Position numbers and translations under genes: made by a program | Notes under the pieces: model-generated | The model's input: the letters and a program-made list of their open reading frames with translations, nothing else | Told to the model about the DNA's origin: nothing | The model's database searches: none | Shown: positions 1-9,685 of the stretch, one piece after another | Position numbering within the stretch: the stretch's first letter is position 1 | Layout of the letters: each line of letters begins with the position of its first letter | DNA from: Candidatus Krumholzibacteriia bacterium | GTDB lineage: Bacteria > Krumholzibacteriota > Krumholzibacteriia > JAJRXK01 | NCBI GenBank assembly: GCA_041484665.1 | Contig: JBGPIA010000013.1 | Location: 62,323 to 126,322, forward strand | Direction of reading: 5' to 3' | DNA: 64,000 bases

Positions 1-2648
1 ATCCCAGCGTCGCTACCAGCTTGGTCCACATTGCGAATCTGCTGCAGAACATCGGCGACTACGCCGGTGCGCGCCCCTACTTCGAGCGCGCCCTGGCGAT
101 CTACGAGCGCACGCTCCGCGCCGACCATCCCAACCGTGCGAGCGTCCTCAACAGTCTCGCCGTTGGCTACGAGCGCAACGGGGACTCGCAGCGGGCGCGT
201 CCCTACTTCCAGCGCGCCCTCGACAGCTACCAGAGGAGCCTTGGCCCGCGGCATCCGTGGGTCTCCAGCATCCAGCTCAATCTGGGCGATTCGCTGCGCA
301 AGACCGGGGAGTTGGCGCGGGCGGACTCGCTGATTGCGGCCGCGCTCGCGACGCGCCGCGAGATGCTCGGCGAGGACCATCCGTTCGTTGCCGAGGCGCT
401 GGGCCGCCGGGCGTTGCTGGAGTGGGCGCGGGGCAACCTCCGGGTGGCTCTGGAATCGAGCCTGGCGGCCGAGCGGATCGGCCGCGCGCACCTGCAGCTC
501 ACGATCCCCACGCTCCCCGAGCGGCAGGCGCTGCTCTATGCCGCGGTGCGATCGTCGGGGCTCGACCTGGCGCTGTCGCTGGTGGAGCGCGGGCCGATCG
601 GCAGGCAAGTGAGCCGCCAGCCGGGCGGCGGCCAGGCCGAAGCCGGCCGAAAGGGCGCTCGCGCGCAGGCAGCCCACAAGCGGGCAGCCCGCAATCAGGC
701 GGCCCGCTCGCTGGACGCGACCACCGGGCGCCGCGTCTGGGACGCGGTGATCGGATCGCGAGCGCTGGTGCTCGACGAGATGGCCGAGCGCCGCCGTACT
801 GCGCGGGCGGAGGCCGCAGCCGCGGCGGACTCCGAGACGGCCGCGCTGTTCGCCAAGTACGGCGCGGCCACGGAAGCGCTGGCCAAGCTGATGGTCCAGC
901 AGGTCGGGACGAGCACGGCCGACGAGCTGCGCGCCAAACTCGCCGACGCGCGCGAACGTGCGGAGCAGGCCGAGCGTGCACTCGCCGAGCACAGCGCCAC
1001 GTTCCGCAGCCACCAGGCGCGGGCGAATCTGACGTTGTCGGATGTCGCCACGGCGCTGCCGCCGCGTAGCGCGCTCGTGGGCTACGTGCGTTACCGCCGC
1101 GTGGAGCCGGCGCCGCGCAGCGGCGGGCAGGATCACACCGAGCCGGCGTATCTTGCGTTCGCGCTGTCGCAGGGACGGGCGGCCGGCGGCGGCGCGTCCT
1201 CCGCCGCAGCGCTTTCGCAGGTCTCGTGCGTCTCGCTGGGCGATGCGGCACAGGTCGAGGGTTTGGTCACGCGCTGGCGCGACGAGGTCACGCGCGGGCC
1301 GCTCCTTACCGGTCGCAGCCCGGCTGCCGCCGACGCCGCCTGCAGGATTGCGGGCGCCGAGCTGCGCGCGGCCGTGTGGGATCCCGTGGCGCGCCACCTC
1401 GCCGGCGCCGAGCGCGTCTTCGTGGTGCTCGACGGGCAGTTGAACATCGTCAACCTGGCGGCGCTGCCCGGCGCGGACGGCCGTTACTTGGTTGAGACCG
1501 GTCCGCTGCTCCACGTGCTCAATGCGGAGCGCGACCTCGTGCCCGAGCAGCCGGGGGCGCCACAGCCGGCAGGCGCGGGCCTGCTCGCGGTCGGTGGGGC
1601 GGCGTTCGATGACGCCGCGGCTACGATCGCTTGGGCAGCGGCGGACGCAGGCACGAGTGCCAGCGCAGGCGCAGGTGAACGCGGCAGCGCCGCGGTGGCC
1701 ACATTCCGCGGTGCGCTCTCCGGCTGCGCTGCCTTCCACGATCTGCGCTTCCCGCTGCTGCCCGGCTCCAGCGCCGAGGTGGAGGAAGTCGCTGCGCTGT
1801 GGGAGGGCGCGCCGCAGCCGGCTTCCGCCGTCACGCGCCTGGATGGCGCACAGGCCAGCGAGGAGGCCGTCAAGCAGCTGGCTCCGGGCCACCGCGTGCT
1901 GCACCTGGCGACGCACGGCTTTTTCCTTGGCCCGGGTTGCTACGCCAGCTCGCCCTCGGGGCGCGGGGTCGGAACGCTGGCGTCGGCCGGCGCTGCGACT
2001 GGAGCGGCACCGGCGACAACGTCAACAGGAAGTTCAGCGGGAGCCTCAGCGGGAGTCTCAATAGCAACGTCAACGGGAACCTCGACAGGAGCAGCAACCG
2101 GACCGCCAGCCGGAGCGACGGCTGGAGCGACGACGGGAGCGGCGCCGGGAGTGCCAGCGGCACTGGCATCGACAGCGGCACCGGCACTTGCGCCAACTTC
2201 CGTCGAGGAGTCCAACCCATTGCTGCTCTCGGGCCTCGCGCTCGCCGGAGCGAACCGTCGCAACGAGGCCGGTCCGCAGCAAGACGATGGTATCCTCACT
2301 GCCGAGGAGATCGCGGTCCTCGATCTGCGCGGTGTGGAGTGGGCTGTGCTCTCGGCCTGCGACACGGGGCTGGGCGAGATCGGTGCCGGCGAAGGGGTGT
2401 TCGGGCTGCGCCGCGCGCTGCAGCTGGCCGGCGCGCGCACTGTGATCCTCAGCCTGTGGGGCGTCGAGGATGAGGCCGCCCAAGAGTGGATGCGGCAGCT
2501 CTACCGCGCGCGGCTTCTCCAGCACCTCGATACAGCCAACTCGGTGCGCGAGGCGAGCCTGGAGCTCCTGAAAGCGCGCCGCGCTCGCCGATCGTCGACG
2601 CATCCATTCTATTGGGGCGGCTTCATCGCTGCGGGCGATTGGCGGTAG
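1..2648 (+). CDS. TPR + CHAT (caspase-like protease) domain protein, 5'-truncated by window edge
   Basis: Kinesin-light-chain-like TPR repeats (YAGARPYFERALAI..DHP); CHAT catalytic motifs HLATHG and LSACDTG; C-terminal HPFYWGGFIAAGDWR. Confidence 0.9.
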   Translation, partial: PSVATSLVHIANLLQNIGDYAGARPYFERALAIYERTLRADHPNRASVLNSLAVGYERNGDSQRARPYFQRALDSYQRSLGPRHPWVSSIQLNLGDSLRKTGELARADSLIAAALATRREMLGEDHPFVAEALGRRALLEWARGNLRVALESSLAAERIGRAHLQLTIPTLPERQALLYAAVRSSGLDLALSLVERGPIGRQVSRQPGGGQAEAGRKGARAQAAHKRAARNQAARSLDATTGRRVWDAVIGSRALVLDEMAERRRTARAEAAAAADSETAALFAKYGAATEALAKLMVQQVGTSTADELRAKLADARERAEQAERALAEHSATFRSHQARANLTLSDVATALPPRSALVGYVRYRRVEPAPRSGGQDHTEPAYLAFALSQGRAAGGGASSAAALSQVSCVSLGDAAQVEGLVTRWRDEVTRGPLLTGRSPAAADAACRIAGAELRAAVWDPVARHLAGAERVFVVLDGQLNIVNLAALPGADGRYLVETGPLLHVLNAERDLVPEQPGAPQPAGAGLLAVGGAAFDDAAATIAWAAADAGTSASAGAGERGSAAVATFRGALSGCAAFHDLRFPLLPGSSAEVEEVAALWEGAPQPASAVTRLDGAQASEEAVKQLAPGHRVLHLATHGFFLGPGCYASSPSGRGVGTLASAGAATGAAPATTSTGSSAGASAGVSIATSTGTSTGAATGPPAGATAGATTGAAPGVPAALASTAAPALAPTSVEESNPLLLSGLALAGANRRNEAGPQQDDGILTAEEIAVLDLRGVEWAVLSACDTGLGEIGAGEGVFGLRRALQLAGARTVILSLWGVEDEAAQEWMRQLYRARLLQHLDTANSVREASLELLKARRARRSSTHPFYWGGFIAAGDWR

Positions 2649-2807
2649 CCGCACCGCTGCCATCGGCGACTGGCGGTAACAGCACCGCTGCGGGCGGCCG
2701 AGTGGACAGCGCCGCGCGGGGCGCAAGTTCGGACCAGGGCGGATAGAAACATCGCTCCCGATCGGTTCTGACGACCGTGCGGTCGACCAGCGTATCGCGT
2801 GCTCCTG

Positions 2808-4502
2808 TCATTTCAACAACTCGATCTTTTGCATCACCTTGGCACCGGACGCCTCGATGCGGCAGAAATACACACCGCTCGGCAGTGGGTGACCCGAGTC
2901 GTCCCGCCCGTCGAACGCGATCCGCCGCCAGCCCGCTTCCACATTGGTGAGCGCGACCCCACGCACGCGCCGCCCCGCAACGTCGAAGACGTCGAACGAA
3001 ACGTCGGAGGGTTCATTCAAGCGCACGTTGAGGTCCGTTGTCTGAGCGAACGGATTCGGCCGTGCGGGAAGGAACGTAAACGGGGCGCTCGGCGCATCTC
3101 CCACGCCGGTCGGGGTCTGGCCATCGGAGCCGACGCGCTGCGCATAGATGTCGCTCTCGAAGTACCCCCGGAAATCTTGCCACGCGACAATCGCTCCGCC
3201 CGTGCCGTCCGACACGGCCGCCGGGCCGTGCTGATCGAAGTCGGCTTGACACACGACGACGCCGTTCGAAGTCCACGGGACGGTCCCGGAAGCCTCCACT
3301 CGCTGGGCATAGACGTCATATCCAACGCCGCTGCGGTTGTCCTCCCACACGACGAGCACTCCGCCTGCGTTATCCGAGGTCATCGTGGAGAGGCGCTGAT
3401 CATTCGGGTCGGTGCAAACCGGGACCTCGTCGGGAAGCCACTGTCTGGCACCGGAAGCGCTGATCCGCTGAGCGTAGAGATTGAGGTCGGAAGGACCATC
3501 GAATCGGCTCCAGGCAATGAGGGCCCCGCCGGCGCCGTCGGGAAGCGTTCGAGGCATGTCGAATACCGAAGAGCCGCTCGGGGAGCCGACAGCGACTCCG
3601 TTGGGAGTCCACTGGACGGCGCCGGCGGAGTTGATTCGCTGCGCATAGATAGCCTCGATCCGGGCATCCGACCACGCGATGATCGCGCCCCCGGCGCCGT
3701 CACCGACGCAGGCCGGGTAATACTGGTCACTGGCGTACTGACAGACGGCGAGCCCGCGCGGGTCGAGCACAACGCCGCTAGCGGAGAAGCGGGTCGCGAA
3801 GATGTCGAGGCTCCCGTTTCGGCTATCGATCCACGCGATAATGGCTCCCCCACTCCCGTACGGCGTGAGCGACGGGACGCTCTCGTTGGTGGGGCCGGAC
3901 GATATGGCAATCCCGCCGGGCCCATCCGGCACAACGCCCGCGAACGTCAATCGTGCCGCGTAGACGTCGGAGTTCAGCGAGCCGTTCCGATAATCATCCC
4001 ATACGACGATCGCCCCACCGGAGCCGTTGCTCGTCATCTTCGGATAGTACTGTCCTCCGGTCGCGGTACACACCGCCACGCCGTTGGGCGTCCACTGAGG
4101 GGCGCCCGAACCGTCCACACGCTGCGCGTAGATGTCGAAACTCGATGTCGCGCCATTGCGGTAGTCGGTCCAGGCGATGATCGCTCCGCCGGCACCATCG
4201 GACAAGAGCGTCGCGTACGACTGGTCGGCCGGTGCCGTGCAGACGGCCACTCCGTCAGGTGCCCACAGGGCGTGTCCCCCGGCGTCCATTCGTTGCGCGT
4301 AGATGTCCCCGCCGGAGCCGTTGCGCGCGTCCGTCCACGCGATGATCGCTCCGCCGGCTCCGCCCGAGATAGCGACCACATTGGATTGGTTGTGCGAGGC
4401 GCCACAAACCAGGACCCCGTCGGGCTGCCACTGACTGTGGCCGACGAGAGGCAGGAACGCGATAGGGAGAGAAAGGAAAGCGATAGCTGCTCGGCTTGAC
4501 AT
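2808..4502 (-). CDS. Secreted repeat protein with C-terminal FlgD-Ig / T9SS-A-like sorting domain
   Basis: Signal peptide; about 8 repeats of DGAGGAIIAWxDxR...DIYAQR; C-terminal PNPF...FDVAGRRVR...DGRDDSG..LPSGVYFCRI. Confidence 0.85.
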   Translation of the reverse strand: MSSRAAIAFLSLPIAFLPLVGHSQWQPDGVLVCGASHNQSNVVAISGGAGGAIIAWTDARNGSGGDIYAQRMDAGGHALWAPDGVAVCTAPADQSYATLLSDGAGGAIIAWTDYRNGATSSFDIYAQRVDGSGAPQWTPNGVAVCTATGGQYYPKMTSNGSGGAIVVWDDYRNGSLNSDVYAARLTFAGVVPDGPGGIAISSGPTNESVPSLTPYGSGGAIIAWIDSRNGSLDIFATRFSASGVVLDPRGLAVCQYASDQYYPACVGDGAGGAIIAWSDARIEAIYAQRINSAGAVQWTPNGVAVGSPSGSSVFDMPRTLPDGAGGALIAWSRFDGPSDLNLYAQRISASGARQWLPDEVPVCTDPNDQRLSTMTSDNAGGVLVVWEDNRSGVGYDVYAQRVEASGTVPWTSNGVVVCQADFDQHGPAAVSDGTGGAIVAWQDFRGYFESDIYAQRVGSDGQTPTGVGDAPSAPFTFLPARPNPFAQTTDLNVRLNEPSDVSFDVFDVAGRRVRGVALTNVEAGWRRIAFDGRDDSGHPLPSGVYFCRIEASGAKVMQKIELLK

Positions 4503-4696
4503 CGGGAGCCTCCAAATGCGTCGTCGGGATCCGCACGGCGTGGATTGCGCGCGTGCGGAGCCGCTGGGCTAGCAATCCAGACTATGGGCGAAAACGCCAC
4601 GAATCGCAATTTGCTCGGAGACTTGCAGCTCCATGGCGAGGGCCATCTTCCAGGTCGCCACCGTCCCATTCGTTTCCAGTCGAACAATGTCAACAC

Positions 4697-4984
4697 CCGG
4701 TCCGCAGCAAGACGATCGTACCCTCACTGCCGAGGAGATCGCGGCCCTCGACCTGCGCGGTGTGGAGTGGGCTGTGCTCTCGGCCTGCGACACGGGATTG
4801 GGCGAGATCGGTGCCGGCGAAGGCGTGTTCGGGCTGCGCCGCGCGCTGCAGCTGGCGGGCGCGCGCACCGTGATCCTCAGCCTGTGGGGCCTGGAGGACG
4901 GGGCCGCCCAACGGTGGATGCAGCAGCTCTACCGCGCGCGGCCGCCCGTAACAACTTCGCTGCAGGGCGGCCGAGTGGACAGCG
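4697..4984 (+). pseudogene. Duplicated, internally deleted fragment of the CHAT gene 3' end
   Basis: 4697-4942 aligns closely with 2269-2514; 4948-4984 aligns with 2676-2711 downstream of the CHAT stop. Confidence 0.85.
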
Positions 4985-5192
4985 TCTCGCCGGTCTGTTC
5001 TACTTGAAGGGAGAGGGGAAGCCGCACGCATCGGCTCCCCGCCCGGGATGGGCCGCGGCGGCCGGCAAGGTCCCTTTGACCGGCTGCCAGGGTCGACCGT
5101 TGCTCTCCCGGGCTCCTCCTGGCGCCTCCGCATCACGGGCTAGCGCCCCGCCGGCGGCCGGCGCCCCACGCCCACTCACTGGAGGCAACGTC

Positions 5193-6470
5193 GTGAAGTC
5201 CACGCTCAGGTTCGCGGGCGCGACGCGCGCGCTCGCTCTTGCCGCAACTTTGGCTCTCCTCCTTGCCGCGCCCCTCTCCCCCCTGCTGACCACGGGCCTG
5301 GGGCCGGGCAGCGCCGTGGCGGCACCCTTGAGCACCGAGTTCACGTATCAAGGCCAGCTCCTGCTCAATGGAGTCTCCAGCACCGGCCTCTACGACCTGC
5401 GCCTCACCCTCTGGGACGCGCTCACGCTCGGCACCCAGATCGGATCCCAGGTGACGCTCTCCGGCGTGGCCGTGACCAATGGGCTGTTCACGACGACGCT
5501 CAATTTCACCGATCCTGCGGCATTCAACGGCAGCGATCGGTGGATGCAGATCGCGGTCGCGACAGCCGGCAGTGGAACATTCACGACGCTCAGCCCGCGC
5601 CAGAAGGTGACGGCCGCGCCCTACGCGCTGTTCGCGAGCAAGCCGTGGGTGACCAACGTCAGCAACATCTATTACACCGCGGGAAGCGTCGGCATCGGGA
5701 CCACCGCGCCGTCCCGGCCTCTGGAGGTTTCCGCCGCCCAGGCCATTGCCCGCCTGACCACGACGAGCAATGTGTTCGGGTCTGTGATGGAGCTGAAGAG
5801 CAACGCCGCGACGCCGACCTATCTCGGTGCGATCAATTTCCTGGACGCTGCGAACGGAGTGCCGGGCCAGATCGCGTTCCTGGGCGCGACGAGCTCGCTG
5901 TCGTTTCGGACCGGCGGCGCCGATCACATGTTCCTCGATGCGGCCGGCAATCTCGGAGTGGGCACGTCTACCCCGACGGCGAAGTTGGACATCGCCGGCA
6001 CCACGCGCACGCAGATCCTCACCATCACAGGAGGCTCCGACCTCGCGGAGCCGTTCCACGCCCTGCGGGACCCGCAATCCGGCGCCGCCCAGCCCGGACC
6101 GGGGATGGTGATGGTGATCGATCCGGAGAACGCCGGCGGCTTGAAGCTCGCTTACGAGCCCTTCGACCGCCGCGTGGCGGGCGTGATCTCCGGCGCGAAC
6201 GGCCTCTCCCCCGGGATGGTGATGAGCGCGCAGGGCGATCCCCACACCGACGGTGACTATCCGCTCGCGCTTACGGGCCGCGTGTGGTGCTGGTGCGACG
6301 CAGGCGCCGGCTCGATCCAGCCGGGCGATCTACTGACGACCTCTGCTACGCCCGGGCACGCGATGAAGGTGACCGACTTCCACCGCGCGCAGGGCGCGAT
6401 GATCGGCAAGGCCATGACGGATCTCAACGAAGGCAAGGGCCTGGTGCTGGTGCTGGTCAGCTTGCAGTAG
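5193..6470 (+). CDS. Secreted tail-fibre-like protein with possible C-terminal autoproteolytic chaperone domain
   Basis: GGAGG RBS at 5181 and GTG start; signal peptide; FTYQGQL N-domain; GSVGIGTTAP/GNLGVGTSTP repeats; C-terminal DLAEPF...VAGVISG...IQPGDLLTTS..PGHAMK. Confidence 0.65.
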   Translation: MKSTLRFAGATRALALAATLALLLAAPLSPLLTTGLGPGSAVAAPLSTEFTYQGQLLLNGVSSTGLYDLRLTLWDALTLGTQIGSQVTLSGVAVTNGLFTTTLNFTDPAAFNGSDRWMQIAVATAGSGTFTTLSPRQKVTAAPYALFASKPWVTNVSNIYYTAGSVGIGTTAPSRPLEVSAAQAIARLTTTSNVFGSVMELKSNAATPTYLGAINFLDAANGVPGQIAFLGATSSLSFRTGGADHMFLDAAGNLGVGTSTPTAKLDIAGTTRTQILTITGGSDLAEPFHALRDPQSGAAQPGPGMVMVIDPENAGGLKLAYEPFDRRVAGVISGANGLSPGMVMSAQGDPHTDGDYPLALTGRVWCWCDAGAGSIQPGDLLTTSATPGHAMKVTDFHRAQGAMIGKAMTDLNEGKGLVLVLVSLQ

Positions 6471-6513
6471 ACGCGCAGGGCAAACCCAAGTCCTTACGGG
6501 AAGGAGGTCCCTC

Positions 6514-8517
6514 ATGCAACGCTCCTGCGCAACTTCAAGCACGCTCACCTGCGAAAGCTCCCGCTGGCGCTACTCTGTGACCGCCGCGCTGACCGCGGCC
6601 CTCGTGCTGCTGGCGCCCATACTGCTCTTGATCACGCGCGTGGTCGCCGCGCCGATTTCCGTGGCGCCGCGGCAGCTCGAGGCGCCCGCGGCACGTGTCA
6701 TCACCCCCGCGCTGATGCGCGAGGCGATGGAACGGACCCTTACGCAGCCGCCCTCACAGGAGGAACGCGAGGCGGATGAGGCCGAGCACAACCTGGGCTA
6801 CGAGCCGAATCCGGCGCTCTCCGGAGAAGGCGTCGAGCCACCGGCGGCTGAAGCGCCCGCTCTGGCGCCCGAAGCGCCCGCGGTGCCCGAGTCGCTCTCG
6901 GGGCGCGGAGTGCCCGCAATCGCCGCGCCCCAGAGCGTCTTCGGCTACGTCCCGCGCATGACGCGCAATTGGTTCGCCGGCGAGGAGGGCGGCTACCCGC
7001 CCGATCCGCAGATCGCTGCGGGCCAGGGCCACGTCGTGACCGTGATCAACGGCCGGATCGACATTTTCGCCAAGGATGGAACCGCGCTCTACACGTCGAG
7101 CCTATACAACCTGTTCAGTCTCCCAGCCGGCTATCCGGGGCCCTTCGACCCCAAGATCCAGTACGATGAGGCCAGCCAGCGCTTCTTCGTGCTGACGCTG
7201 GCCAACGACACAAGTTGCGCCTTCGCGTCCTACTTCTATCTGGCGGTGTCGCAGACGTCCGACCCCACGCAGGGCTGGTACGTCTGGACGCTGCGCAACG
7301 AGCTCGAAGGCTACTGGGTCGATTACCCGGGCTTGGGCGTCAGCGACCGCGGCGTCTATCTCTCCGGCAACTATCTGGGAGGCTGCTGCTGCCCGTCGGG
7401 CACGAGCTGCCCCAGCTGCAACTGTGCGTGCCCAGGGTCAATTGGCACCTCGCGCGTCAACACGTTGTGGGCCCTGCCCAAGGCGCAGGTCCTTGCGGGC
7501 GCGACCTTCACGTCGTGGGCCTTCGACGACCTGCCCGATGATGAAGGGCGCCCGATGCAGTCGCTGAATCCTACGCTCACGCACGGCCTCCCCGCAGGGG
7601 TGGAGAGCTTCGTCGTGGCGCTGCCGGGAGGCACCTTCTCCGGCGGCGTCCACAAGCTACTGGTGTTCGGCATCACGCTGCCACCTGGTTTCCCGGCCGT
7701 CGGCCCAGGCGTCAACCGGCGGGAGGTCGTGATTCCCACCGCCCTCGCGTTGACGCTCGCGCCGCAGCAGGGCGGCTGTGGGCTGCTCAACACGAGCAAC
7801 ATCGGAGCTCCACCTCTGGGAGCGGTGTACCGCAGTGGGTTCGTGTGGACGTCGAGCCACTACGGCAACGGGGGCGCGCCGAATCGGACGATCATCCGTG
7901 TCTACAAGGTCGACGTGTCGAGCTGGCCCACGCTCGTCCTGAACGGTACCAACTACGTCGACGATGGGGCGAGCTGGCACTACTACTCGGGGGTGACGGC
8001 CAACCGCTTCGGTGATGCCGGCGTCGTCCTCTCCCGCTCCGGCCCGGCGGAGTATCCCGGATCGGCCTGGGCGGTGCGCCTTAAGGACGACGTCGGCTTC
8101 GGCTCCTTGGGTGAGCTCGCCCCAGGAGAGTTCTACTACGGCAATCCCACCCTGCCCTGCACGCCGACCCCAGTATTTCGCTGGGGCGATTATGCCGGCG
8201 CCGCGGTCGACGCCGCCGACCAGGGGTTCTGGTTCTGCCACCAGTACGCGACGATGCGCCCGGACGGCAACGGGTACTACCGCATCCGCGTCGGCTACGT
8301 CCCGCGGGCGGTGTTCGTCGACGGCGCCACGACCGGGACACAGGCCGGCTCTCGTTCACGGCCGTGGAGCACCGTGTTCGCTGGGCATTCCGACGCATTG
8401 TCCGGCAACGACCTCGTCATCCGTACCGGTGTCTACCCGGAGGCGCTCACGCTCAGCAAGGGCGTGACGATCTTCGCCGATGGGGGAGCCGTCACGATCG
8501 GAGATCTGACGCCATGA
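6514..8517 (+). CDS. Secreted hypothetical protein (PPDPQIAAG family) with Cys-rich insert and DUF1565-like C-terminal module
   Basis: AGGAGG RBS; signal peptide; motifs PPDPQIAAG, FDPKIQYD, LAVSQTSDP, DYP, RWGDY. Confidence 0.75.
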   Translation: MQRSCATSSTLTCESSRWRYSVTAALTAALVLLAPILLLITRVVAAPISVAPRQLEAPAARVITPALMREAMERTLTQPPSQEEREADEAEHNLGYEPNPALSGEGVEPPAAEAPALAPEAPAVPESLSGRGVPAIAAPQSVFGYVPRMTRNWFAGEEGGYPPDPQIAAGQGHVVTVINGRIDIFAKDGTALYTSSLYNLFSLPAGYPGPFDPKIQYDEASQRFFVLTLANDTSCAFASYFYLAVSQTSDPTQGWYVWTLRNELEGYWVDYPGLGVSDRGVYLSGNYLGGCCCPSGTSCPSCNCACPGSIGTSRVNTLWALPKAQVLAGATFTSWAFDDLPDDEGRPMQSLNPTLTHGLPAGVESFVVALPGGTFSGGVHKLLVFGITLPPGFPAVGPGVNRREVVIPTALALTLAPQQGGCGLLNTSNIGAPPLGAVYRSGFVWTSSHYGNGGAPNRTIIRVYKVDVSSWPTLVLNGTNYVDDGASWHYYSGVTANRFGDAGVVLSRSGPAEYPGSAWAVRLKDDVGFGSLGELAPGEFYYGNPTLPCTPTPVFRWGDYAGAAVDAADQGFWFCHQYATMRPDGNGYYRIRVGYVPRAVFVDGATTGTQAGSRSRPWSTVFAGHSDALSGNDLVIRTGVYPEALTLSKGVTIFADGGAVTIGDLTP

Positions 8518-9674
8518 GTCAGCAGCGCGCCTTGGCGCTCATCTGGTTGATGTCGTTGAGCGGTACGACCGCCCCAGCGTGGGGGCAGCCGCTGGAACTG
8601 CGGGAGGGGTACTACCTCTATCTGGGCGACTACCCCTCCAACTCCAAACCGGACTGGGTGGAGGACGTGCAGGGTGTGGCGCACGATGCCAACAACTGGT
8701 TCATCACGAACACGTGGCGAGTGCAGAAGATTCCCGTGACCGGCGATCTCGACTCGTCGCCCGGCCCCGGATACATCGACAGGTACCTCTGGCATTGCCA
8801 GGGCGTCTTCTGCAGCACCGACATGCCGGCGCTCTACAACGATGGCTACAGCCATATCGGCGACCCGGACTACTACCAGGTCGGCGCGCAGGGCTACCTG
8901 CTCGCGCCGGTCGAGGGTGGGCCGTCCCCGGGGATCGCCGCCTTTGATACCAGCGATCTCTCCTACATCGACCACGCCTACATGCCGGGCGCCGGAGGAG
9001 CGGCATGGTGCGCTGTGGATCGCGGGGGCTCTCTGTACACCTCGCAATTCACTGACGTGACGGCGATCATGCGTTGGGCAGTGGACTGGACCACTCTGCG
9101 TGACAGCGGGACGCTGGTGATGCTCAATCCGACGCCCCTCGACCTGCTGGACGCGACCGGCGCGCTCACGACACTCCAGCACGTGCAGGGCGGGGCGTTC
9201 TCACCCAGTGGACAGCGCCTTTACCTGGTCGCCGACGATCTCCATGTGTTCGACATGGTGACGCGGCGCCAGGTGCAGGTGTCGAGCAATGGATCGGGCA
9301 TCTTCAATTTCCAATTCCATCCCGGCGATGGTGAGGAGCCAGAGGGAATTGCGTTCTGGGATCTGGACGACGGGCGCGCGCCCAACCTGTCGGGGCAGCT
9401 GCATGTGCTGCTGCTCGTCAACAGCTTCTTCGGGGACGCCATCTACTTCAAGCACTACACGGCCACGATCCGCGTCGACGGCGCCTACGCTGGACCGCAG
9501 GATGGCACGCCCGCGAGGCCCTTCATGACTGTGGGTGCTGCGAACGCCGTGGCCTGGGATGGCTCGATCCTGCGCGTCCGCGCGGGCAGCTATCCCGAGA
9601 CGCTGAGCTTCTCGCGCGTGATGACGGTGCAGGCTGACGGCGGGCCGGTCACCATCGGACAGCTGGCGCCGTAG
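8514..9674 (+). CDS. Secreted hypothetical protein (possible beta-propeller) with the same C-terminal module
   Basis: ATGA overlap with upstream stop; signal peptide; VQG/EPEGI motifs; C-terminal VDG...GTPARPF..V...GSYPETL...ADGGPVTIG. Confidence 0.75.
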   Translation: MSQQRALALIWLMSLSGTTAPAWGQPLELREGYYLYLGDYPSNSKPDWVEDVQGVAHDANNWFITNTWRVQKIPVTGDLDSSPGPGYIDRYLWHCQGVFCSTDMPALYNDGYSHIGDPDYYQVGAQGYLLAPVEGGPSPGIAAFDTSDLSYIDHAYMPGAGGAAWCAVDRGGSLYTSQFTDVTAIMRWAVDWTTLRDSGTLVMLNPTPLDLLDATGALTTLQHVQGGAFSPSGQRLYLVADDLHVFDMVTRRQVQVSSNGSGIFNFQFHPGDGEEPEGIAFWDLDDGRAPNLSGQLHVLLLVNSFFGDAIYFKHYTATIRVDGAYAGPQDGTPARPFMTVGAANAVAWDGSILRVRAGSYPETLSFSRVMTVQADGGPVTIGQLAP

Positions 9675-9685
9675 GCAGCCGCCGT

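Noticed and set aside
2269..4984. DGR template/variable repeat pair
   Set aside because: Mismatches inspected are not adenine-specific and no reverse transcriptase is in the window
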